Shown: positions 1-12,504 of the stretch, one piece after another
Position numbering within the stretch: position 1 is the stretch's first letter
Layout of the letters: every line of letters begins with the position of its first letter
NCBI GenBank assembly: GCA_002269645.1
Contig: NIVC01000931.1
Location: 1 to 64,000, forward strand
Reading direction: 5' to 3'
Source of the DNA: Macrostomum lignano
Taxonomy: Eukaryota
Length of the DNA stretch: 64,000 bases
Notes under the pieces: model-generated
Database searches by the model: none
Told to the model about the DNA's origin: nothing
Seen by the model: the letters and a program-made list of their open reading frames with translations, nothing else
Position numbers and translations under genes: made by a program

Positions 1-462
1 GCAAGGCTAGGAAAATTCTCGACTAAATAAGCATTGAGACAGCATAATTAATAGCAGCGTACTGATTGATTGCGTAACACAAATCATTTGTATTGACACA
101 GTATGTACTGACTTACTACTGGTATAGTCTTACTGGCTGCCACTAATTAGGTTTTGGACCAAGTTCACTTTTTTTACGGTAATTTAAACAACTGCCAGTA
201 ATTAAAAGTAAAGCCCACCAAGTTTCTACAATCTTAGTCGCGTACAAAGTATTCGATGCGAGCAATTTACAATCAAACGTATATACGAGCTGTGGTATGA
301 TATTGAGTCAAATAAACGGTACCAAATTTTCGCTTCCTTTTGCCTGCATGAGTGCGCGGTTTTTTGTTTTTTTTTCATTAAAAATCTTTTGAAGTTGAAG
401 GTAATCGGACTTCTGCTTGTTGCCTTCTTTGGCTGTTCGGATCTCTGATTTTCTGTCTCCTT

Positions 463-817
463 ATGCCCGCCCTCTCATTTATACCTGCCTCTCACCCTCC
501 ATTGACCTCTCTCTCTCATTTGTACCTGCCTCTACCCTCCCATTTCATGACTTCTCTCTCGCATTTGATTGATTTGAACCTGCTTCTCATCCTCATATTG
601 ACTTTTCTCTCTCATTTGAACCTGCCTGATCTCTCCCTCTCATTGACCTCTCTCTAATTTGTACCTGCCTCTCTCCCTCTCATTGACCTCTCTCTCATCT
701 CATTTGTACCTGTCTCTACTTCCTATTGAACTCCCTCTCATTTACATGTACCTCCTTCTCATTGACGTCTCTCTCTCCCTCTCTCTCATTGACCTCCCTC
801 TCATTGACTTATCTCTC
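463..817. repeat. Degenerate CT-rich minisatellite (CTCTCTCATTGA-like units)
   Basis: Recurrent cctctctcattgac / gtacctgcctctc motifs; the same motif family recurs at about 3288-3360. Confidence 0.75.
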
Positions 818-2064
818 GCTAGGGCTCTGAGGTGAAGGTGCTACGTACCTTTGACCTCACGGGGTATGCGGCGAGTCCACAGTGGTCGCGTATATCTGTG
901 GGTGTTCAGGTTCCTTTGGCTACGGCTCAGGGGTAAAGGCGTTACCCTTTGACCGTAACAGGGTCGTAACAAGAAGCTGAAGCAAACGGCAGCAACTCCT
1001 AGCCCGGAAAGGCAATTAGCGCTGCTGCATCCGGCAACCGCGCAACCGCAGACCAGGCCAGGATCGCCTCCTGGTGCATCTTGAGCCGGTCTGCTCTCGC
1101 TCCACCTTTAACAGCCAGAAGGCCAGGTTGTATAGAAACTAGCCTGGACCTAGCCTGGACCTGGACCGTCAGTTCATTGAGGAAAGTGAACCCCGTCTAC
1201 TACCTGAGCATGCGGGGAGGCGTTGACCGACTGGTCGATCCGAGTCTGTATCGCCTGCTATAACTAAATCGAGGCAATGAGGGTGGTCTTCTCAGGAAAG
1301 GTCCTCAGATTGGATGACGCAGATGTCCCTGTTAGACAGGCTCGATTTGAGCCACGCGCTAAGCGTTTTGGCCGCAAAGATGCAGGCTCTGGGAGGCTGA
1401 TTTGCCCTCCTCCTCGTTGGTCAAGTCGATGCGAGTGACGCCAGCCTCCTGGTGAATCAGCGGTCGTCCCCAGAACCCTCAATCTCTACGCTGGTCGAGC
1501 TTTGCTCGGCTAAAAACTACGAGCTCATGGTTGCCGGTGTTATACGATGGTACTTTGGGATATCCGTGCCTTATATGTTATCCGGCCTACCCAGATAGTA
1601 CGCAAGTACTTTCTGATCTCCCCCCCCGGAAATTGCAAGTGCTTTCTGATCTCCTCCTAGAAGTTGCAAGTGCCTCTGATCTCCCCCGGATATCTCAAGC
1701 TGCTTTGCTTTGTCAAGGGGTACTTGTTGCAGTCCCCCCAGATCAAGTCACATGCAGGTTCAAATATCCGGTCGAAAAACTAAGATTTGCTTTGCGATTT
1801 CCGGATTGTGATGTCCGCGGGTCACAGAGCGATTTGTCAGTTCATCATTTTCAAAGCAAAAAACAATAAATACCAAATTGGCAACAATTCCAAGACAATT
1901 TTTGCGTGTATATTTTAATTAACAAAAAATACAGCTTCTAACGACCACGGTCAGCCAATAAAATAGCTATTGATAGGCAGAGTAAGTCAAAGACTGCATG
2001 GGTAAAGATCAATTACTTAAAGTCACCAAACGCAAACACACGGAGATTGCAAAGCCTAACACCC

Positions 2065-3270
2065 AGGCTCTTACAAAGCACTGGGGCGTGGCGGGTGCTT
2101 CCGGTGTCCTCCCTCTCCGATCACAAGTTCATCTCCTTCAATCTGATGGCAGCGCGCAGCGCGAATCGCATCACGTGGAGACGGAACGCCAGAAACACTG
2201 ATTGGAATACCTTTAGGCTTTGGGATACCTTTAGGCTTTTGGATACTTTTAGGCTTTGGGATACCTTTAGGCTTTGGGATACCTTTAGGCTTTGGGATAC
2301 CTTTAGGCTTTGGGATACCTTTAGGCTTTGGGATACCTTTAGGCTTTGGGATACCTTTAGGCTTTGGGATGCCTTTAGACTTTGGGATGCCTTTAGACTT
2401 TGGGATACCTTTAGGCTTTGGGACACCTTTAGGCTTTGGGATACCTTTAGGCTTTGGGATACCTTTAGGCTTTGAGATACCTTTAGGCTTTGGGATAGGC
2501 TCGCCCTTAAGGAGTTACATCAGTCTTCGGGCATCCACGATCACCTCAAGTCAAGAAGCGGATGAGTGCGGACTGTGCTGACAGAACCGCTAACCGTAGC
2601 CTTTGAGGCATCCTGCCCTTTAAAAGCCGATAAAGGGAAAAATCTGCGCTGTGGTAGAATCCCGAGCTCGGCAACCTCCGTTGCAGAGCAAGAGACTCCA
2701 CACATAGCAACTAAAACCAAGAGCCTTGCGGACTAAACCACCTACCATGAGGAAATCCATGAGTTAAAAGGGCAGTTTAGGAAGAACGCTAAAGCTAAAA
2801 AATGGCGCCATTACTGCGAGGAGCTAGAGGGCTCACACCCCACCTCCAGAATTTTGAAAGCACCTACTCTGGACAAAATGTCTAAGCTTTCCTCGGTAAA
2901 ACGCACCGACGGCACGTCCACGAATAACCCAGGGGAAACGCTTGATGCAATGCTCTCTCTGTGAAATTTGCCCTCTTTGCGAATACGACAACGAAGATGC
3001 TCAATACTTTGTCTGCCACTGCCCTTTCTTTAACCAGAGACCGACTACGCTACCTCGGGCCGAACCCGTCTATTGACGAGGTCTGACAGACAAGACGAGC
3101 CACTTTCTTCCCTACGGAAGATCACGCAGCAGGACCGGCGGACCACCCTGACCGGCCTCACGCCTCTGCCTGTTTGTGGGTTCAGGGGCTATCGGAATGG
3201 GCGACCTCGCTTCCCCACTGTGTCTACGGACCATCCTGCAGCTAAGAGGGAGATTACAATCCGAATCACT
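2065..3270 (+). mobile_element. Non-LTR retrotransposon (R1/LOA-type) ORF2 remnant, 5'-truncated and lacking the RT domain
   Basis: Translates to the end of an APE endonuclease (WRVLPVSSLSDHKFISFNL...RNARNTDWNTF) and the linker (AFEASCPL...W*NPELGNLR...KWRHYCEEL...KRTDGTSTNNPGETLDAML). At about 2960 it jumps to the C-terminal zinc-finger region (CPLCEYDNEDAQYFVCHCP). Stops and frameshifts are present. Confidence 0.75.
2205..2495. repeat. 18-bp minisatellite (GGATACCTTTAGGCTTTG) x~16 inside the LINE ORF2 remnant
   Basis: Direct reading of tandem units; gives the in-frame (DTFRLW)n peptide. Confidence 0.95.
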
Positions 3271-4086
3271 GAGAGGGAGATCAATGATCTCCCTCTCAGT
3301 GATCTCCCTCTCATTGATCTTCCTCTCATTGCTTCCCCCTCATTGACCTCCCTGATCCCCTCTTCTACTTTAGCTGTCTAGGTAGCAAAGCCATTCTACA
3401 TGTATAGCTATTCTCAATTCGCTTCCTCTCTTGGGCCCACACTTCAGCTGCTCAAGATGTGAACTATAGAACTACATGCATATGGTGTCATATGCACTAG
3501 TCTAAATCTTCACATTTGACCTGTCATTCATTTTATGTATTATTAGTAGCACTAGTGCGCTATACGATGCTTGGAAGTATATGGAAGAGAGTTAAAGTTT
3601 TATGCTTTATGAGCTCATGCCTACGTATTGAAAAGAGTAGGAGTAACCAACGGCAGCTAAGTTGGGGAGGGCTGTTGAGTATAGTCTCACTCTGTTGGAT
3701 GAGGCTGAGAGGGAGAGTGCGCTGTTCAACTGTTAGCGGAGAATTGTGTCCTAAATAGCTGACGTGAGCCTGCTGGCTCTGTTCTTTTGTAATGGAAGCA
3801 GCATACACAGCTTTCTCTGCGATTCACTCACTGTGATTGTCTCTCTCTCTGTCTCTCTATCTCTGTCTCGCTGCTTGAGATGAATCTATAATGAGTGCTC
3901 AGCAGCTATAGCTAGAGAGTTGCTCTTATGTGTTCTCCTTAGATTGGGTATTTCGCTTTACTGCCTATATAATTCTATAAAAATGAGCTCACTTGGACAG
4001 ATAAACTGCCTGCTCCCAGTGCTATTCTTTTGGAAGATTCGTTTCTTTGCCTATATGATTAACAAGCACTAATAAGGCGTCACAAA

Positions 4087-6494
4087 ATGGTGTTTGTTAC
4101 TGTAAAACATGGCGGTGAGGTAGCGATGCAAAATCTGCGTTTTTCTTTACGATTTTCTTTATTACATGTGAAATAACAATATAATTGATTTGGCTACAGA
4201 GGCCGAAACGAGCTAAACCAGTTGCTAACTCGATATTTCCCGAGAAACTTATTCATAAATCAAGGATAAGGATTCATTACAGACACCCTCGGCGGGTTTT
4301 AACGCAGACTTTTCACTGAATTAGTTATGCTATATTATTGCCATTGACATTTGGCAGCTTCCTTTTCTGCCCGCAACAAATAAGGCTGATTGTTACATTT
4401 TTTTAAACCACTTTAAAGCTCACTTTCAGGGAGGTTATTGACATAGATTTTATTTTGCGGGATTTAATCGATCACTTTCCCTGACATATTACAAGGATTA
4501 TTGCATGTATCTAAATAAGCGAGCTTCTCTCTTCTCTTCCTTCGTGACTCGAGAAATTTCTTAATGAAATTTTGTCTATGGTACGAATGTGGGGGGAACC
4601 CCCAGCAGGGGCTTCGCCCCCACACCCCATCCCCAACTTAACCATAGCATACAAGTATGGCTCCGGGATTTATCTGAATACATCCCGCAAAATTAAAGTA
4701 GTTTAAATAAGATATTCTATAGTATGTATTAAATGAAGCTATCGAAGGCTCTCGGGATTTAAGTGAAATACCGACCTCAAACCCATAGAATATCTTATAC
4801 GTACTACGAGCTAGGACTTCAACGCTTGTCAAATATTATTGTCTATGGTCTTTTTCCTATCTGGCCAACTAAGAATAGTCTTTTGGCCATAGACATCCTC
4901 ATAGTCTTGTTTGCAAATAAAGGCGTAAGCGAATTCAAGATCTCTAACATGGTTTTTGGTGCTTGGATAGTTTGGCTACAGAAAAGAATCTCAAGAAAGT
5001 TACGTTATATTCAAGACCAGGAGTGAAATTCTGTCCCTCGGCTTGTTTCTCCTCCTAGCCAGGTTAAATTTGAAGCTGAATTTTACTCAGTCGGATTGTT
5101 TTACGATCATCGTTGAAAATTTTTCTCGGATTGATTTTTTGTATAGTCTACGACCAAATCATCGCATACAGTGTATTTATCTGCTCCAATGACAACTTAA
5201 TAGCTCAATATAAAAATCTGGTTTCAAGGTGACACGTCTAGGTTTACATATCTCGTACTACTATCTCAATACATACTATCAATCAGTGGCTCAATGTATT
5301 GTATGAATATACAGACCATTGTATTCCTTCATCCATGCCTTGCACCTTTGACGTCTTTTTGCCAACTGAAAGTACCTTTCTGGTGATTTCAAGTGTTAGT
5401 AAAGGCCCAATAGCATTTGAAGTACCTATTAATGTCTTGAGTGGTCATTGAACGCAAAATGGTAGATCTCACCGTTTCTAGCTAAGCTACCCATAGCCAT
5501 TGCTGCCGCTCGATATGACTTTACTTTCAAGTGCATTAGATTTCCTGAGAGTTACTCCTTTATTTCAGTATACTGGCCTAATTCATTTGTAAAGCTCTAG
5601 TAAGTGTCTCTCATCAGGTTAGGACTTCAAGTATTTCTTCAAGTATAGTATTTAAAGCGCACTTTTGTACTTCCAGGTACTTATAAACGAATTATGCATC
5701 ACCAATTTCAGTGAACGAGCAAACTTTATTCAACCAAGACTGTCGATCAGTTACACTGCTGAATGCTATCAGGGAAAAGTGCTCGCTGGACGCCAAAGGT
5801 GAGTATTGAGAAGTCTAGGAAAATATCAAAGCCTTTAATTGTGTAATGCATCATTCTCATAATCCAGATGTAATTGATCTATCTGACCGAGACGGCAACG
5901 TCAAGGACCTTCGGAAGAATCCCAACATGCAAGCCAAGGAGGTGCTGGCAGACCGCGAGGATGTCATACTACTTAGAGTAGGAGGTGAGGCATTCCTAAT
6001 CCTATTTACGGCCTCGTATTGTTTGATGTTTAGTACAAAAATTACCCCACTGGCAAAAATTTTAATTCCCTCTCTTTGTCCAGAGAATGACAAAGGCAAG
6101 CTGATCTATACTCCTCTGCTTGAGAGCGACGAGATCGTTACCAAAGCATTCTTGGGTAAGTGAGAATTGCAACTTATTTATTCTGTCTAGATGTGAACCA
6201 GAGCTAATTGATGCTGGCACTGCTGGCAATTAGGCCTCAAGCCATGGCTTCTGTTTGCTATCCAAAGAGAATGTAAGCCACACGTTCGAACTGAATGCAT
6301 ATTCCAATGTCAAATAATAATTTCCAGATCGCTTAGCCAAGGGTTCCAAAAGGGAATCACATGCCGTAAAGGGTGCAAAGCCCGGAAGCAAAATTCAGCA
6401 GCAACAGCAGCAGCACCCGTCAATGTCTGCAACATCGAGCACATCGTCCATTAAGCGAGCCTCCGCAGCTTTGGGGCAGCACAAAAAGCGTTGA
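4087..6494 (+). CDS. CXorf65/C22orf15-family (Il2rg/PF15874-like) small protein; exons 4087-4114, 5712-5798, 5868-5984, 6084-6155, 6328-6494
   Basis: All introns are GT-AG and phase 1, and the spliced frame is continuous: MVFVTVKHGVNEQTLFNQDCRSVTLLNAIREKCSLDAKDVIDLSDRDGNVKDLRKNP...ILLRVGENDKGKLIYTPLL...KKR*. This matches my recollection of the family pattern (F-x-T-V-K-x-G ... LFN ... IDL-D-G ... YTPLL). Confidence 0.75.
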
Positions 6495-6806
6495 CAAAAC
6501 CAAGGAGGCTACGTCGGATTGAACTTTTTCTGGGTGTAATTTTCGTGCGGTATTTAGGTGACTCAATACGCAGAACTACCGTATTGGATGATTTGCTGCT
6601 TGACCGTGAAATTTCATATAAATACAACCTTGTACGAGTACATGTAATGATAGCTCGTACATGCAACAAAGACAAGTTTATGTACCCTTGGTACCAGTAT
6701 AAGCCTGAAGCACATGGTTTCAAAGTTTTAACCAGGGTACGAGTATTGTGTTTTTGTCATTTACGTCAACTTGACATGATATACTATGGTTTAGAAACGG
6801 AGGAAC

Positions 6807-6991
6807 CAATGGCGCAACCAGAGGGGGCGGGGGCGGTCGCCCCCCCCCCCTTAGGCGGAGACCGGAATGAATCATAGGGTGGACCAAGCGAATTTTCGCC
6901 AACAGAGCCACCAAACAGAGCCACCCCTCCGCCCCCCAGGTCTTTACCCTCCAGAACCCGCCCCCTCAAAAAATTTCTGGTTGTGCTACTG
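6807..6991. mobile_element. hAT-like MITE (185 bp)
   Basis: Imperfect 16-bp TIRs (CAATGGCGCAACCAGA / TCTGGTTGTGCTACTG); 8-bp TSD GGAGGAAC at 6799-6806 and 6992-6999. Confidence 0.8.
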
Positions 6992-7037
6992 GGAGGAACT
7001 CCCTACTGGGAGGAACTCCCTACTGGGAGGAACTCCC
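6987..7037. repeat. 17-bp tandem triplication (TACTGGGAGGAACTCCC) spanning the MITE right end and its TSD
   Basis: Three exact copies: 6987-7003, 7004-7020, 7021-7037. Confidence 0.9.
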
Positions 7038-9039
7038 TAGCGAGTGCGTGTGCCAAACAAACAATGTGGGTTAAAATTTTTATAATTGCATTGAAACTGT
7101 CAGCATCGCGATAATCCAATAGGAGTTTCTATTTCGAAAAGGAAGTCCATTAGCGCTAGTAAAAAACACACATTTTCATGCTTGTAGCTTGGGAAGTTCT
7201 AGAATTTCTAAAACGGAACTCATGCGAGAGATAGCTCGTACTCGTAGACGTAGATAAACAAAGGATAAATAATCAAAATGATAAAGGATAAAAAGGATAA
7301 AGGATAAGGATAAAGGATAAAAAATGTATCGAAGTTTCATTATGAAGCTTTCTGTTCTAGTCGCAAACCAATCAGATGTAGGCAAACACCAGACGAGACA
7401 GGATGGACAATTTTTTATCTAATCGATATCATGTGATGCGTGTGATATCATGCAATTTCCATCGTCCTCACGGTGCAAATTACGGGAATATTTCTCTCTG
7501 ATCCTCAAAGACTTTTTCTCGCGCCTCTGAGCTATACTGTGACCTGACTTTCTCATTGCGTCAGACATTTACAGACTTTGGGCCTTGGGAGTTGGCCCTC
7601 ATGAACGAGAACTGGTCGACAGACAAAGCGCATTTAACCACCGAGCTACCCTCCCCCACCTAAGATGCTGGCTTGGACTCATGAAAAACTGTTTTTTCAA
7701 GGAAAACCCCATCTTACTGACATTTTTGAAGTGTTGTTGAGTTGAACCTGATCGCAAAAAATATGCGATGAAATGTTTGCAAACCACATTCGCGCGTCTG
7801 TTCCGCCTCTTTTCCTTGCCCTACAGTATCCTCGGTATGAAATTTCTGGCGTTGATATGGGACTACAGTGAATGAAAATGGCAGATTTCCTGCATATGAG
7901 CCAGTGCAAAAGTGCTTTGTGGATTATTGCGTATTTTATAGTCTGATGAAAGCGAATGCTGCTAGCATCCAAGCCTCATTGTTGCGGACTTCCCATTGTC
8001 TCAGCAATATCTCGACACTTCAGTCCGCTTTGCTTCATCCAAGAAGCCTTGAGCAGAGCTGGCTCCAGATGATTGCAGACAAACAAAATGCAGGCAAGCC
8101 TCTGTCAGCAGAATCTGCTGGCTTTTTATAAAATCGCGAAAAAATTGAAGAATTTTGATATAAGCAATAAATATGATTAAAAAATGCGAGTAGGAGAAGG
8201 GCTGGTGAGGTATTTAATTTGTCAACCACCTCGACTCCAGATTGCAGCTTCGATTTCGTCCGGTGCGCAGAGCACAATGGTCTTCTGCGTGTCTACCAGA
8301 TTGTAGACAATGTGGACAATAATTGTACGATATGGTCAAATTTATTGCAGAAAAAACAGGAATTTCCTTTCTTGATAATGCAGTTTGCAGATAAACCTGG
8401 CATCTGGCGAAATTTATACAATCTACAGGGTATTTCTGCATTAGTTGTCCTTGATTAACAAATCAAAACAATTTCAAAACAGAAGCTATAGCTTGAAATT
8501 TAATCCCGGAAAAGCTTGTCGGTGAGAAACATTCAGCAGACGAATGGGGGCAATAAGTTTTGCGGGAAATTCTCGCGACTTTGTTTACCTTCTAAAAAAC
8601 GCAAAACTCTGGTTGTTAGGAAATCATTTTTTAAGCGGAAGATTTGAATTCAGTCAAATTTTCCGAAATTCAGAACTTGCTTTTTGTCACTTTTTTAACT
8701 TTGCTAAACTACAATGAGTTTTTACAATTTTTGAATAAATTGAAAGTAATAAACCAGTCGATTGTAAATTAAAGCCTTTCAAAAAATAAAAAAGAGTTCA
8801 ATTCTCTCAACTTCCCGTCTGGTAAACAGCGGCATGAACTACACTGCCCGCGGCAATGAGCTGAGGGATGCTGCTGGGATGCAGGCAAGCCAGAGCTGCC
8901 CCGCGAGAATGGCAGCGATTGCACCAATGAGACGAGAGTACCGAACTGCAGCACTACTTAATGCTGAACATACCTGTGGAAAAGGGGGCAGAAACCATTC
9001 GAAGTCAGCTAGACGAGCTACAGTGGGAAATCTTCCAAG

Positions 9040-10017
9040 ATGTCTAACGTAACCAACAGCACAATCGAAGCAGACGGGTGTCCAGAGTTCTCAAACGAAA
9101 GCTTCCAGACTCAACTGAGCAGTCCGTGCTTCTTCATAGCTTACTCGATTATAGCCTGCCTGGCCGTGCTGGGCAACTGCGCCGTGGTGGGCCTGGTCGC
9201 TGGCAGGAACGGCGCCATTCGGCGGGCCACCTACCGCAGTCTCACTTTGCTGCTAAGCGGCTGCGAGCTGCTCGCGGCCCTGGTGCTCCTCTTGCTGCTG
9301 TTCCGCCTCGGCGTCGGCCGGCACAACCGGCTGCACGGCTCGGCCGCGGTGGACGCCGCGTGGACCAGCGAGCTGGAGAACCCGATAGAGACTCGGCGGC
9401 CGAGCTTCCTCACCGTGCTTGTCAGCCTGCGCGACGTCACCGTCGGGGCGGAGATTTTTGCCTACAGCCTGCTGGCCATCGACCGGCTGCTGGCCGTGGC
9501 CGCGCCGACCAGCCGCGTCTGGAGCCGCAAGCCCGCCATTGGCCTGGCTTGCAGTGTCCTGGCGATCATGGCTGCAGCCGAACTGGGTATGCAGGTGTGG
9601 CGATGGCTGGGTTTAGCTCAGGCTGACACGCTTCAAGCTGCCTGCGATCACATCCGCGCCCAGTCAAACGCGAACGCTCTCATAAAGGCCGGCATCGCCA
9701 TCGTGCTGTACACGACTTCCGCCATTGCCTACGTTGCCACCGGCGTCACTCTGGCGGCGCGCCGCGCCGAAAAGTCCGACGGTGGCGGCGGCGATCGGCG
9801 AGCTCTACGCTTGTCCTTGGCCGGCCTAGCCATTGGAAACCTCATCCAGCTGCTCAGTCTGGTGCCCATGACGCTGGATAATGTGGCAGGCTTGCATCAG
9901 GAGTACTGCCTGTACGTTGTATTCTACATCAACTCGGCCGCGGTGCCCTGCCTCACCGTGGCTTTCAACGCATCTGTCCGAGACCGCCTGGCCACGAAGT
10001 TCTGTCCGGCTCGATAA
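9040..10017 (+). CDS. Intronless orphan rhodopsin-like (class A) GPCR, 325 aa
   Basis: Seven hydrophobic segments, N-terminal N-glycosylation sequons (NVT, NST, NES), TM1 GN (LGNCAVV), TM3 SLLAIDRL (DRY variant), TM7 INSAAVP followed by FNASVR helix 8; GC-rich coding-like codon usage. Confidence 0.85.
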   Translation: MSNVTNSTIEADGCPEFSNESFQTQLSSPCFFIAYSIIACLAVLGNCAVVGLVAGRNGAIRRATYRSLTLLLSGCELLAALVLLLLLFRLGVGRHNRLHGSAAVDAAWTSELENPIETRRPSFLTVLVSLRDVTVGAEIFAYSLLAIDRLLAVAAPTSRVWSRKPAIGLACSVLAIMAAAELGMQVWRWLGLAQADTLQAACDHIRAQSNANALIKAGIAIVLYTTSAIAYVATGVTLAARRAEKSDGGGGDRRALRLSLAGLAIGNLIQLLSLVPMTLDNVAGLHQEYCLYVVFYINSAAVPCLTVAFNASVRDRLATKFCPAR

Positions 10018-11392
10018 GTCACCCCAGGCTAGGAGAATCTGGCAGTTTAGTTGAAGCTCAGTAAAGAGTATCACATGCGTTGATAATGTCTGCAATGTCT
10101 AATAATGCTTATAATGGTCGGAGCGAATTTTTTTAACAACTGAAGAATATGGAGCAAATCTACATGCACTGTAAGACGATACGCTTATATCCGTTAAGTG
10201 CATCATGTTGTCGCAATATTCTACGCACATATGTTTCTTTTGCACCCTTCGTCTCGCTGAGAACTTTTCGTTCACTAACTCTAACTAAAACTAGATGAAT
10301 AAGATTATTAATCCAAAGCGCGTGTACCCAATGATATAAAGGCTCAGCAACTACATAAGAGCTATTATGCACATGTAGCATAAATTTTCAAGTGTGCAAT
10401 CCCTTTGTTTCCTTTCTCCATTAGCGTGAGTTTTTGCGCTTGTGCTTTTAAAACGTGATCAAGAATTCACCTATACAGTACGTTTAGCTACATGTAACTA
10501 TGTAACCCGTGGTTACATGCCTTAGTTAACGGGGCACCTAATCCTAGATTCATACTGGTACATGTATTCAACTTATGTGTAGTATTTTCTAAGCTTGTAC
10601 AAATTTCCTTGGTCAGGCAAGCGTTTGGCAGACCGCCACGGCAGAAATATCAATGACGACTTTAGTAAAGGATATTTTTTTCAAAGTATATGTCGCCATT
10701 GAGCCTTAAGAACTATCAAAAATCACTGTAGTATAACAGGACGTAAAACTCAATGATCTTGGAGTTTTTGGAGGCCAATTTCCTGTGTTTACAGTTTCTA
10801 ATTTACAGTGTGAATTAAGGACTATACGGCCTTGATTTTGATCGGAGATGTGACATTGGAAAGTCTTCAAGTTGACTTGAAGACAATCGTAATTTTGTCT
10901 TAAAAAACTTCGAGTTATGGCGCAAACTTACTCGGAAAGAAAGTGAATTCTACTATAATTTACTTTACTTTATGCAACAGACGTGCATACGTCGAAGCGA
11001 ATGAATGCTATGTACAGAGGCAGTACAGTAGGATCCTGTATATGTACATGTATATGTTAAATGAGCATAATTTTCCTGCATGGTCCTGAACAAGCGATAG
11101 ATTATGGGGTCTGCAACAGGTGTATGAAACCGTTACATCCTATATACTAAAATGGTTTGTCTCTTTAAACAAACGTATGATTTCAGAAACATGGTTTTCA
11201 ACCGATTTTCATGAAACTTGCACCGTTCGATCAGAAATTTTCCCGTGAACGGTACACGGCTGAGAAATCCATATACTAAAAATAAGTGATTTGATTTCAT
11301 TCCCGCTCAGGTTTTGTTCTGCGCCAATAAGACGCCTCGGGTTCCGTTTATCGCGTTATTTTTGTTTTATTTTTTCCAGTAGTTTGTGCCGG

Positions 11393-12503
11393 TGTTAGGT
11401 CCCTGCCGGCTTTTCCGGTCCCTCCCGGGTGCCCCCTGGTCCCTAGTCTGGCGCTTCCAAAGACCTAATCCCTGTGTAGTGATCCGCTAGTTGGTGTTAG
11501 GCGTCGCACTTTGTCAGCAGTCGCCCTTGCCCTCGCCCTCGCCCTGGGTTGCTGTCTGCCGCTGGTCAGCTTCCTGCCTCCCTCCTTTTGTCTGTCTGTT
11601 GCTGCTCCCTTCCCTCGTTTTGCCCGTTTTGCCCCTTGTTTCTCAGCCCTCAGCTTCTCTGCTGTGGGCTGTCTCTGTTTCGCTCGGTCTTTGTTTCCCC
11701 TGTCATGTGAGCGAGTCACATGACAGATCCTCTGTTCTTTGAGTCCTAAAGTGCAGTAAACATGTTTACTGCACTTGTTGGCCCTGTTTACCGGGAGAGT
11801 CACATGCTTTCGGCCCCCCTCCCTTTTCTAAGGAGAGGAGTGACTCATGTTGCTAAAAATAGCAACTGAGTCACAGCCATGTGCACTCTGCCGGGAGACC
11901 CTCAAGTGACGTCAGTTCTAAAAATAGAACAAGTCACGAGGTCTTCCGCGCGCTTGTACCCTGCCCGAGACTCTCGAGTGACGTCAGTTCTAAAAATAGA
12001 ACAAGTCACGAGGTCTTGTGCGCGGGTGTTTTCCGGCTATAAATAGGACCCCTCTCCCCTTGTTTCCGTCAAGGAGTTTTCAGCTTTGTGTCAGTTTCTG
12101 CTTGGTGTCTGTTCTGTCCAACCTCGAGTTCCACGTCCGCGTGTGACTAAGTCCTGAGTGTTCGAGTCTTTGCGTACATTGATTCTGTTCCTATTGATCC
12201 GACTGAGACCCGACCAAGCCAACCCAAGCCTACGAGAGGCTAACTCAGCCCTCCCTCTACCATCCTAGCCCGGCAGGTACTGTTGACGAGACGCCTTGTA
12301 CGTTGCGCTCTAAAATCTGCACGCTGTGCTGTGTTCGTTGACTTCATTATTTCGTTCCGACGGGAAGCTCACCTCACCGAAGGCCGAGACCTGAAGGAAC
12401 TGGTGGCAGCACTACCTACGCTACTAAAGTTAAGAAGGCTTCTAAGTGAGAGGACGGAGCCCAAGTCACTGCGCTGTACAGCAGGACAACCACAGGTATA
12501 ACA
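11393..12503 (+). mobile_element. 5' LTR of a third, truncated LTR retrotransposon (start at 11393 or 11495 uncertain)
   Basis: Begins TGTTAGG and ends TATAACA, immediately followed by a tRNA PBS; TATA-like CTATAAATAG at 12037; duplicated 40-bp U3 motif. No matching second LTR or gag found in the window. Confidence 0.65.
11841..12046 (+). promoter_or_regulatory. Putative LTR U3 enhancer/promoter: AP-1, CRE and MEF2-consensus cluster
   Basis: TGACTCA 11841, CTAAAAATAG 11853, TGAGTCA 11867, TGACGTCA 11907 and 11979, CTAAAAATAG 11918 and 11990, CTATAAATAG 12037; exact 40-bp duplication 11906-11945 / 11978-12017. Confidence 0.55.
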
Positions 12504-12504
12504 C

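Noticed and set aside
820-1500. Minus-strand LINE ORF1 or gene fragment
   Set aside because: Coding-like composition but multiple stops and no recognisable motif.
4580-4640. GC-rich hairpin as a transposon end
   Set aside because: No partner end or TSD found.
7580-7665. tRNA gene or SINE on the minus strand
   Set aside because: An A-box-like TAGCTCGGTGGTT is present but there is no B box or cloverleaf.
11150-11385. Helitron/Helentron-like element
   Set aside because: Only weak motifs (CCGATTTTCATGAAACTT, ATATACTAAAA); no convincing 3' hairpin plus CTRR terminus.
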